The position numbers and the translations under genes were made by a program. A model generated the notes under the pieces. The model saw nothing but the letters and a program-made list of their open reading frames with translations. It was not told the origin of the DNA and did not search any database. DNA of 64,000 nucleotides from Candidatus Kaiserbacteria bacterium (lineage in GTDB: Bacteria > Patescibacteriota > Minisyncoccia > Phycocordibacterales > Phycocordibacteraceae): contig CAWEXP010000006.1 in NCBI GenBank assembly GCA_963813065.1, forward strand, positions 55,779 to 119,778. The letters are read 5' to 3'. Below, piece by piece: positions 56,756 through 64,000 of the stretch (within the stretch, counting starts at the first letter, position 1; the number at the start of each line of letters is the position of its first letter).

Positions 56756-56929
56756 ATGTTATTGAACAACGAATTGGGTGATCGACGGTTGCAATTGCCA
56801 GACGAAAATATGTTTCGGTATCTGGCGCCAACTATCGCGGAAATGCCAACCGACGACTCGGTCACTCCAGTTATCTTCCGGACCGCTTTCGAAATCGAGA
56901 CGGAACGGAGAGCCAGCAAACAATCCTAA
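56756..56929 (+). CDS. Small hypothetical protein (57 aa)
   Basis: GAGGAG SD 10 nt upstream of the ATG; followed by an intrinsic terminator; not in the ORF track (<60 aa). Confidence 0.35.
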   Translation: MLLNNELGDRRLQLPDENMFRYLAPTIAEMPTDDSVTPVIFRTAFEIETERRASKQS

Positions 56930-56936
56930 ATTTCAA

Positions 56937-56961
56937 GGCCGGGAGCAATCCCGGCCTTTTT
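56937..56961 (+). terminator. Rho-independent terminator
   Basis: GGCCGGGAgcaaTCCCGGCC hairpin + TTTTT. Confidence 0.7.
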
Positions 56962-56973
56962 ATATAAAACAGT

Positions 56974-56994
56974 TATCGAGGTTTAACCTCGATA
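56974..56994. repeat. REP palindrome TATCGAGGTTTAACCTCGATA (RAYT 3' flank)
   Basis: 21-bp perfect palindrome overlapping the RAYT stop. Confidence 0.7.
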
Positions 56995-57657
56995 TTCTTG
57001 ATAGTATTCATGCGCGTCAGTAATCATTTCCTCAAGAGAGGGGAGTTCCTCGTAGAGTTCAAAAACCGTCATGCCAAGGAGATGTTTTTCTAGTCGTTGC
57101 AACTTCAGAAAGTCTGGAAGACTCGAGTATCGGTACCGGATGAGTTCGTTTTTAATCTGCGATACGTTTCCGTCGCCATTTTTCCATGCAGAATCAAAGA
57201 GTTTTGCAGGATTCAGATGGACATAGGCAACCAACCGCTTAAGATACAGATCATCGTCGACAATCTTCGATTTAAACGTTCCCGCAAACAATGCGCCCGT
57301 TCGTTCATATTTAGTATTAAAGTACATCGTGTAGCCCGTACAAAGTTTTTGCATGAAGCGCGCAATGCCTCCCTTGTCTATCTCTTTAAGTACCAGATGA
57401 AAGTGGTTTGGCATCAAACAATATGCACCGATTTCTACAATGGCGTTTCCACGGTCAAAACTCGAATCAAGAATTACATCCGCCAATCTTTTGTTTTTAA
57501 GATTAGAGGTCTGTACTGGTTTTTCGCCACCGCTCGTAAAGAGGGCGAGCAGAAAACGTTCATAATCTGCAGAATCTTGATACACCAGCCGTTTATCTAC
57601 CCCACGGTTGTAGCAGTGATACCACTCATCAATTCCAAATGCCGGTCGCGTAGGCAT
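56983..57657 (-). CDS. REP-associated tyrosine transposase (IS200/IS605-like HUH Y1 transposase)
   Basis: HUH motif HFHLVL, conserved Tyr region (AYVHLNPAK), ~220 aa; flanked on both sides by the same REP palindrome. Confidence 0.7.
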   Translation of the reverse strand: MPTRPAFGIDEWYHCYNRGVDKRLVYQDSADYERFLLALFTSGGEKPVQTSNLKNKRLADVILDSSFDRGNAIVEIGAYCLMPNHFHLVLKEIDKGGIARFMQKLCTGYTMYFNTKYERTGALFAGTFKSKIVDDDLYLKRLVAYVHLNPAKLFDSAWKNGDGNVSQIKNELIRYRYSSLPDFLKLQRLEKHLLGMTVFELYEELPSLEEMITDAHEYYQEYRG

Positions 57658-57667
57658 GACCGCATCT

Positions 57668-57688
57668 TATCGAGGTTAAACCTCGATA
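57668..57688. repeat. REP palindrome TATCGAGGTTAAACCTCGATA (RAYT 5' flank)
   Basis: 21-bp palindrome, variant of the 56974 copy. Confidence 0.7.
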
Positions 57689-57786
57689 TTTAGGAGAATT
57701 ATACGAGGTGTGGATAACAGTGTTTGGGCTGGTGGGGCAAAGTGGGATATACTGCGTAGCAGTGGGAAATCGTCCCGCTCCCGTCT

Positions 57787-58215
57787 ATGTTCCTCGGCGA
57801 ATACCTTCACACTTTTGATTCAAAAAATAGAGTTTCTCTCCCCTCGAAGTTCCGAAAGGAACTCGGTCGTGTGGTGGTGGTGACGCGCGGGCTTGATCAC
57901 TGCCTCAATGTGTACTCCAAAAAGGCGTGGGAGAAGGAGGCGAAGAAATATGCCGCACAGACGAGCGGGAGCTCTGCCGAGCGCGGGCTCGCACGCCTCT
58001 TCCTCGCCGGGAGCGCCGAGGGCGAGGTCGATAGTGCTGGTCGCGTGCTGATTCCAGAAAATTTGAAGTCGTTTGCGGCCATCCGCGAGAAGGCGATTGT
58101 GGCGGGTGTCGCAGATCGGGTCGAGATCTGGGAGGAGACAGCATGGAAGAAGTACACCGCCGCTATCGAGCGCGACGCCGAGAGCTACGCCGAGAAAGTC
58201 GGCGAGCGTCACTAA
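57787..58215 (+). CDS. mraZ: Transcriptional regulator MraZ
   Basis: Duplicated DxxxR-like MraZ half-domains (LDSKNRVSLP..., DSAGRVLIPE). Confidence 0.8.
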   Translation: MFLGEYLHTFDSKNRVSLPSKFRKELGRVVVVTRGLDHCLNVYSKKAWEKEAKKYAAQTSGSSAERGLARLFLAGSAEGEVDSAGRVLIPENLKSFAAIREKAIVAGVADRVEIWEETAWKKYTAAIERDAESYAEKVGERH

Positions 58216-58216
58216 T

Positions 58217-59176
58217 ATGCCCGGTATGGAAGAAAATCTCCACACACCAGTCCTGATGCAAGAAGTCCTCGATGCACTCGCGGTTGCGCCGAGCGATGTG
58301 GTCGTAGATGCAACCTTGGGTGGGGCAGGGCACTTCGCTGAGCTACTCGCGCGACTCGGTGCTGATGGCGTTATCGTCGGCTTTGACGCCGATGCCGAGG
58401 CGGTCGAGCGTGCTCGCACCGCGTATGCCGCCGATCGCCGGATTGATCGCCCGACGACGCACGTGGTCAATGACAATTTCCGCAATCTCGCGCGCACGCT
58501 CGATCGACTCGAGATTGCACACGTTAATAAATTTCTCTTCGACCTCGGTTGGAGCGGCTATCAGATTGCCTCGTCGCGCGGATTTTCTTTCCAGAGTGAT
58601 GCGCCACTCCTGATGAATTATGGTGAGGGGAGCGAGACGGCGGCCGACATTGTGAACAGCGCTTCCGAGACCGAGCTCGCCGACATTATTTTCACCTACG
58701 GCGAGGAACGCTTCGCACGCAAGATTGCGCGTGCCATTGTCGATGCACGGAAGAAGAAGCACATTCTTACCACTCAGCAACTTGTTTCGATAATCGAATC
58801 CGCGGTGCCTCGCGCGTACCGCGAGGGGAAATTGCATCCGGCAACCAAGACATTCCAAGCGCTCCGTATCGCCGCCAACGACGAGCTCGGTGCGCTGAAG
58901 GAGGGTCTCGCCGCGGCCCTCGCGCGTCTCGCGCCTGAGGGCAGGATTGCGGTCATCACGTTCCATAGTCTCGAGGATCGCATGGTGAAGAATGTGTTCC
59001 GCACAGCCGCACTCGCGGGGCAGGGTAGTGTGACAACCAAGAAACCGATTGGGCCGAGTCGTGCCGAGGTGGTCGCGAATCGTCGCGCGCGAAGCGCGAA
59101 GCTCCGCGTCTTCGAGCGCTCGGCCGCAGGCACCTTTATTGATGAAGAAGCTCTTGCCATTCCTGCGTATGCATAA
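58217..59176 (+). CDS. rsmH: 16S rRNA (cytosine1402-N4)-methyltransferase RsmH
   Basis: HTPVLMQEVL..., SAM motif DATLGGAGH, FHSLEDR. Confidence 0.85.
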   Translation: MPGMEENLHTPVLMQEVLDALAVAPSDVVVDATLGGAGHFAELLARLGADGVIVGFDADAEAVERARTAYAADRRIDRPTTHVVNDNFRNLARTLDRLEIAHVNKFLFDLGWSGYQIASSRGFSFQSDAPLLMNYGEGSETAADIVNSASETELADIIFTYGEERFARKIARAIVDARKKKHILTTQQLVSIIESAVPRAYREGKLHPATKTFQALRIAANDELGALKEGLAAALARLAPEGRIAVITFHSLEDRMVKNVFRTAALAGQGSVTTKKPIGPSRAEVVANRRARSAKLRVFERSAAGTFIDEEALAIPAYA

Positions 59177-59456
59177 TTTCCATTGTTCGTTCTCCCCAAC
59201 CTCCTATCTCGCGACATTGGCGGGAGCATTGCTCGTCACGTATTTCGCGCTCGTGGCGGTGGTGATGAGTTACGCGGCGCTGACAGTCGAGTTTTCGCAA
59301 CAGGAGCGCAACGATGAGGCGGCAGTCGCGACGCTCGAATCGCAGTATCTCGCGCAGATTGCATCGGTAACCACCGCAGACTACACCGCGCTCGGCTATG
59401 CCAAGCCCACGGCACAACTGTTCGTATCGGGTACGCCTGCCACGGCATTGCGGTAG
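59168..59456 (+). CDS. FtsL-like single-TM division protein
   Basis: Short ORF with one TM helix, between rsmH and ftsI (dcw order); start uncertain (59142 or 59168). Confidence 0.4.
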
Positions 59457-59465
59457 AGTGAGACA

Positions 59466-61200
59466 ATGAGAGGGCAATTCCGTTTCCGCATCCGCATCGT
59501 ACTCTTTGCGGTTGTATTCATCGCACTGCTGATTGTCGTGCGACTCTACTTCGTCCAAGTGGTCGATGGCGCGAACTACTCTTTGAAGGCCGATCACCAA
59601 TTCGCCTCGGGCGGGAGCGGACTCTTCGATCGCGGTTCGATTTATTTCACCACTAAGAACGGTACACTGGTCTCCGCCGCGACTCTGGAGACCGGTTTCC
59701 TCGTCGCGCTCAATCCACAGACCATACAAGACCCTGAGGCGGCCTATGCGGCAGTTTCGGCGTCTGCGTCGACGTCGATCTCGCATGATGCCTTTATCGC
59801 GGCCGCCGCGAAGAAGAACCAAGTGTATATCGAGGTCGCGCATCACCTCTCGGACGCCGCAGGCAAGGCGCTCGTCGCGCGGAACATCCCGGGCCTCGAT
59901 GTCTTGCGGGAGCGCTGGCGCGTCTATCCGGGTGGTGACTTGGCCGCGAACGCCGTCGGCATCGTCTCGTACGGCTCGGGCGATGACCTCACCGGTCAGA
60001 CCGGTCTCGAGTCGGAGTACGACACCGCGCTCGCACGTTCGGGTGATGCGCTCTACAAGAATTTCTTTGCTCAGCTCTTCTCGAATGTGGGCGACGTACT
60101 CATTGATGCACGGAGTGCGCGCGAGGGCGATGTGGTGACTACCGTCGAGCCCGAGGTTGAGACACGACTCGCGCAGGATCTCGCGCAAGTGAATCAAAAA
60201 TATTCGAGCAAGGAGTCCGGCGGTATCATCATGGATCCAGCCACGGGCGCCCTCATCGCGCTCGCGACCTATCCGACCTATGATCCAAATGATTTGACGA
60301 GCGTACCGCCCGCACTCCTCGGCGATCCGCTCGTCGAGCATGTGTACGAGTTTGGTTCGATTATGAAATCGCTCACGATGGCCTCCGGGCTCGATGCAGG
60401 CGTCATCACGCCCGCGACGACCTATAACGATACGGGCTGTATCCACGTCGACTCGGCGACGATTTGTAACTACGACTTGAAGGCGCGCGGCGTGATCCCC
60501 ATGCAACAAATTCTCTCGCAGTCCTTAAATGTCGGTGCATCGTGGATCGCGACGCAACTCGGGCAGAGCGCATTCCGTTCGTACTTCACGGCACTCTTCG
60601 GGCAGAAGACGGGCATCGATCTGCCTTCAGAAACCAGCGCCCTGCTCGGCAACCTTTCCAAGCCGCAACAAGTCGCCTTCGACACGGCCTCCTTCGGCCA
60701 GGGGATTGCGGTCTCGCCCGTGCAGATGATCCGTGCGCTCGGCGCCTTGGCGAATAATGGCTCGATGGTCCGGCCACATGTAGTGAGCGCCATCCAGCTC
60801 GACAATGGCGTGACGCGCACGCTCGACTGGAGCGGCGAGACACCCGTCTTCTCGCCCACCGCCGTGCGCGAGGACACCACCATGCTCACCAGCGTGGCTG
60901 ACGTATTCTCTCGCCAATGGCAAAGACCGCATTCCGACCACCAGCTTCGCGGCCAAGACCGGCACCGCCCAATTGACCAATGGCCAGGGTGGCTATTACA
61001 AGGATCGCTACTTCCACTCCTTCTTTGGGTACTTCCCCTCGTACGCGCCGAGGTTTATTATCCTGCTCTACACCAACGATCCGCAGGGTGTCGAATATGC
61101 TTCTGAAACGCTTACCTCGACCTTCATGGACTTGACCCACTTCCTCATCGACTATTATCAGATACCGCCTGACCGCTCGGCCACAACGACAACCCCATGA
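59466..61200 (+). CDS. ftsI: Penicillin-binding protein FtsI/PBP3-like transpeptidase, with one apparent frameshift near the C-terminus
   Basis: N-terminal TM, SxxK (GSIMKS), SxN, KTGTAQ found in the +1 frame (ORF 60973-61200). Frame break ~60895-60915. Confidence 0.75.
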
Positions 61201-62483
61201 AAAAACTCTTGAAAGTCCCCTTCACGCTTTTCCTCTCGTTTCTCGCGCGGGGCGTCGTGCGCCGGTATCACCCGCAGATCGTGATGGTGACGGGGAGCGT
61301 GGGGAAGACCTCGACCAAAGATGCGGTCGCGGCGGTACTCTCCGCTCGTTTTTTCCTTCGCCAGAGCGAGAAGAGTTTCAATAGTGAGTTCGGCGTACCA
61401 CTCACCATCTTCGGCGCGAAGAATCCATGGTTGAACCCCATCGGTTGGCTCGGTGTTTTCAAGACCGCGCTCGCACTTCTCATTCTGCCGAATCATTATC
61501 CCAACCTGCTCGTGCTCGAAGTCGGCGCCGACCGCCCGGGAGACCTCAAGCGCATTATGCGCATTGCCACTCCGAAGGCTGTGGTCGTGACGAAATTGCC
61601 CGAGATACCGGTACATGTCGAAGCGTATGCCTCACCCGAGGCTCTGCGCGAAGAAGAATTCTTGCCGGCACAATATTTGCCCGCTGGCGCGCCCTTGGTG
61701 TTCCTCGGCGACGACGAGCACGCGCTCAAGATGTCGGCCTGCGTGCCGGCGCAGGCGCTCACCTACGGTACCGGGAGCGACGCGAATCTCCGCATCAGCG
61801 CTATCGATTTTTATATTGAAGACGGCGTCGTGGCGGGTATGCAAGCGCACGTGGAATTAAATGGAGAGAAAGGTGTCGTCGTGGTGAAGGGTTCGGTAGG
61901 GAAGACACAAGTGCTCCCAGCCGCCGCGGCCATCACCCTCGCGAGCGCCTTCGGCATGACGCTCCAGGAATCCATCGTTGCGCTCGAGAGTTATGAGCCG
62001 CCGCCGGGGAGAGGGCGGCTTTTTGTGGGCAAAAATGAGTCGGTCATCATCGACGAGTCCTACAACTCATCGCCTGCGGCGCTCGAAGAGGCGCTCGAAA
62101 CACTCAAGAAGTTTCCTGCAAAAAGAAAAATCGCGGTGATGGGCGACATGCTTGAACTCGGTCGGTATTCAGTCATGGAGCACGAACGCATTGGTGCCCT
62201 CGCGGCCTCCTGTGCCGATATCGTCGTCAGTGTCGGTATCCGTGCGCGTCGCATACTCGATTCAGCGACCGCCGCCGGATTACCGGCGGCGCACTCCTAT
62301 GCCTATGACAACGCCCAGGACGCCGCCACCGCGCTCTCGTCACTCATCGAGCCCGGCGACGTGGTGATGATAAAAGGTTCGCAATCTATCCGCACCGAGC
62401 GTATCGTCGCCGCGCTCCTGGCTAACTCCGCCGACCTCTCCCGTCTCGTCCGGCAGGATACGGAGTGGACCCGTCGGGTGTAG
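61197..62483 (+). CDS. Mur ligase family protein (MurF/MurE-like)
   Basis: P-loop VTGSVGKTSTKD, Mur ligase central and C-terminal domains; dcw position after ftsI. N-terminal domain short. Confidence 0.55.
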   Translation: MKKLLKVPFTLFLSFLARGVVRRYHPQIVMVTGSVGKTSTKDAVAAVLSARFFLRQSEKSFNSEFGVPLTIFGAKNPWLNPIGWLGVFKTALALLILPNHYPNLLVLEVGADRPGDLKRIMRIATPKAVVVTKLPEIPVHVEAYASPEALREEEFLPAQYLPAGAPLVFLGDDEHALKMSACVPAQALTYGTGSDANLRISAIDFYIEDGVVAGMQAHVELNGEKGVVVVKGSVGKTQVLPAAAAITLASAFGMTLQESIVALESYEPPPGRGRLFVGKNESVIIDESYNSSPAALEEALETLKKFPAKRKIAVMGDMLELGRYSVMEHERIGALAASCADIVVSVGIRARRILDSATAAGLPAAHSYAYDNAQDAATALSSLIEPGDVVMIKGSQSIRTERIVAALLANSADLSRLVRQDTEWTRRV

Positions 62484-62486
62484 AAA

Positions 62487-63254
62487 TTAGTGCTTTTGAG
62501 CAAAACGGGCGGTAAGTCGAACCAGTTCCGGAAGCAGCATTTCATAACAACGAACTCGTTTTAAAAGTGGTGCATGCGAGGTTGTTTCGGTGCAGCATGT
62601 AAAAATGCAGCCGCGGTGCGCCATGTAATCTTCTGCGGTATGGTCGTGATTGTCGTAACACACTCCACTGAGGATAGTCTCGCTGCCGCTATCTCCATAG
62701 GAGTCGTCGGGCAGAATAGGGAAGAATTTCTTGCCGACAGCAAGTATCGGCTTTTCAAAACGACGGTCGCCGAATGAAAACAGATAGAAAGCATTCCACA
62801 CGTCATCATCCTCATGTAAACTCGCGAAGACGGTCGGGCGGTACTGCCGCATATCGTTCATAAGAGTTTTAACTTCCCCGGACTTCCGTCCGTGGTCGTG
62901 CACCCAATTTCTATTGCAATTCAATCCGTGGCGGTTGTAGCGGTAGTTTCGATCAAAACCCCACGGATTTACCAGCGGATACACGACGAGACTCACGCCG
63001 TACCTCCGAGCTGATTCCGCAAGCACTTTGTATCGTTTGAAGAGCGCTAAGACCGAGGCAGGTTCTTCTCCATGGCAGCCAGCCATAAGCATAAGGAGTG
63101 GGGCGTCGGCGTGCACGATGCTTTCCATTTTCAACAACTTGAAGCGCTCCCCTTTGACGGGAAGCAATGAAGTCAAAAAATATTTTTCTATTTGCGGTCG
63201 CGCACGTAGCAGTTCCCGATATTGAGGATGTAGTTTCGTGATACGGGGCGCCAT
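62487..63254 (-). CDS. M14 / succinylglutamate desuccinylase-aspartoacylase family zinc carboxypeptidase
   Basis: Zn-binding GCHGEEP (GxHGxE) and catalytic LHED motifs. Confidence 0.55.
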   Translation of the reverse strand: MAPRITKLHPQYRELLRARPQIEKYFLTSLLPVKGERFKLLKMESIVHADAPLLMLMAGCHGEEPASVLALFKRYKVLAESARRYGVSLVVYPLVNPWGFDRNYRYNRHGLNCNRNWVHDHGRKSGEVKTLMNDMRQYRPTVFASLHEDDDVWNAFYLFSFGDRRFEKPILAVGKKFFPILPDDSYGDSGSETILSGVCYDNHDHTAEDYMAHRGCIFTCCTETTSHAPLLKRVRCYEMLLPELVRLTARFAQKH

Positions 63255-63259
63255 GATTG

Positions 63260-63331
63260 TGACCTCACGGGGAATCGAACCCCGGTTCCGGGCTTGAGAA
63301 GCCCGTGTCCTAGCCGCTAGACGATGAGGCC
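63260..63331 (-). tRNA. tRNA-Glu (anticodon CTC)
   Basis: Acceptor GGCCTCA/TGAGGTC, anticodon loop TTCTCAA, T-arm CCGGGGTTCGATTCCCCG. Confidence 0.8.
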
Positions 63332-63392
63332 GTTTACAGACTCTACTATAGTTGCCTTAGTTTTTGAACCCCGGTAACTTTTCAAGTATTTT

Positions 63393-63578
63393 TCACGTTG
63401 GTGGGCGGCAACTCGTGTTGCGAATGATTCGGTATACAAAAGTTCGAACGGACGACGATTTTTTTGTTGAGCTGACGCGCCCGGCATTATGTATCGCGAG
63501 GCGTTGCTCGATATTTTGAGTCATGCCAACGTACAATCGGCCATCTTTGAGACTGCGAAGAATGTAGACGAAATGCAT
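63393..63578 (-). CDS. GIY-YIG nuclease family small protein (frameshifted at an A7 run)
   Basis: FVYILRSLKDGRLYVGMTQNIEQRLAIHNAG matches the GIY-YIG core. After the A7 run the -1 frame continues TKNRRPFELLYTESFATRVAAHQREKYLK, the expected C-terminal half. Confidence 0.6.
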   Translation of the reverse strand: MHFVYILRSLKDGRLYVGMTQNIEQRLAIHNAGRVSSTKKSSSVRTFVYRIIRNTSCRPPT

Positions 63579-63579
63579 A

Positions 63580-63645
63580 GAGAAGCCCGTGTCCTAGCCG
63601 CTAGCCTGCCCGCGGACGGGCCTCCCGGCCAGGGACGATGAGGCC
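63580..63645 (-). repeat. Degenerate partial copy of tRNA-Glu (nt 1-36) with a 30-nt hairpin insert in the D-arm
   Basis: 63580-63604 and 63635-63645 are identical to tRNA-Glu nt 13-36 and 1-11; 63605-63634 (CCTGCCCGCGGACGGGCCTCCCGGCCAGGG) is an imperfect palindrome. The copy ends exactly at the anticodon. Confidence 0.6.
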
Positions 63646-63729
63646 GCTATCCGGCCGCACCGGGCCGTTGGTTGTTTTATAACAAAAAACTGGGGATAGT
63701 GAAGTGCCCGCGACTGCTAGGATAGGGTC

Positions 63730-64000
63730 ATGACCTTACTTTTCATTTCGCTTATTGCGGGGATTCTCACCGTGCTCTCGCCGTGTGTACTGCCGCTCTT
63801 GCCGGTCATCGTCGGCGGATCGCTCGCGGGTCAGCGGAGTCTGCGTCGCACATTGACGGTCACGATTGCCCTCGGCCTCTCGGTATTCCTCTTCACGTTC
63901 CTCTTGAAGGTCTCGACGGCATTCATCATGGTGCCCGCAAGTGTCTGGAATTGGCTCTCGGGCGGGATTCTCTTCCTCGTCGGCATCTTCTTCCTCTTCC
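63730..64000 (+). CDS. ccdA: CcdA/DsbD-family thiol-disulfide transporter (partial, runs off the window)
   Basis: LSPCVLPLLPVI motif and TM helices. Confidence 0.65.
   Translation, partial: MTLLFISLIAGILTVLSPCVLPLLPVIVGGSLAGQRSLRRTLTVTIALGLSVFLFTFLLKVSTAFIMVPASVWNWLSGGILFLVGIFFLF

Noticed and set aside
1-64000. CRISPR arrays, rRNA genes, prophage structural modules
   Set aside because: No regularly spaced direct repeats with unique spacers were seen, no rRNA-like conserved stretches, and no capsid/terminase/portal-like ORFs.

Overview
High-GC bacterial chromosome segment with compact gene spacing, short IF2, many small membrane proteins and a TrbC/VirB2-like pilin family; most likely from a CPR/Patescibacteria-like organism, although that placement is inferred from these features and the PF18895-style pilin family is identified from memory, not a search. 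The backbone is housekeeping: infB-rbfA, a clpB-like ATPase, rpmG, miaA, ahpC-like, parB, mntH, fmt-def, murA, two mreB copies, mreC, an mreD-like gene, mrdA, greA, lysS, a dcw segment (mraZ, rsmH, an ftsL-like gene, ftsI, a murF-like gene), proS, rseP, frr, holB and eight tRNAs.

On top of that backbone, the sequence shows:
- **Pilin-like array:** five tandem TrbC/VirB2-like T4SS-pilin paralogs at 25-2529, one carrying an AT-rich Cys-rich repeat extension, and a separate pilin-like/lytic-transglycosylase fusion at 14062-15072.
- **Toxin module:** a Doc/Fic toxin with an HTH partner in an AT-rich patch beside tRNA-Leu.
- **Genomic island:** a ~7.9 kb AT-rich island (26662-34532) bounded by 17-bp direct repeats. 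One repeat lies inside tRNA-Asn. The island carries a Type III R-M system (Mod 836 aa with a long C-terminal extension, then Res), a 43-aa acidic ORF, and a tight four-gene operon of uncharacterised proteins. No integrase is recognisable.
- **Transposase and its palindromes:** an IS200/IS605-like HUH tyrosine transposase (RAYT) flanked by 21-bp REP palindromes. Copies of the same REP also sit in frame inside murA and the cysteine desulfurase gene.
- **Second palindrome family:** elements with a CCTAAA(T)CAG core inserted in frame within miaA (57 bp) and holB (43 bp).
- **tRNA-Glu junction:** a degenerate copy of the tRNA-Glu 5' half, carrying a 30-nt hairpin insert, lies next to a small GIY-YIG nuclease gene and an intact tRNA-Glu.
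- **Surface proteins:** a tail-fibre-like secreted protein with a C-terminal S74-type chaperone motif, plus a cell-wall cluster (peptidoglycan-binding repeat protein, NodB deacetylase, GH18).

Caveat: at least eight 1-nt frameshifts interrupt clearly essential genes (clpB x3, miaA x2, def, ftsI, the GIY-YIG gene). The clearest cases sit at short homopolymer runs, so I read these as assembly indel errors rather than pseudogenes. Split ORFs elsewhere should be treated with the same caution.
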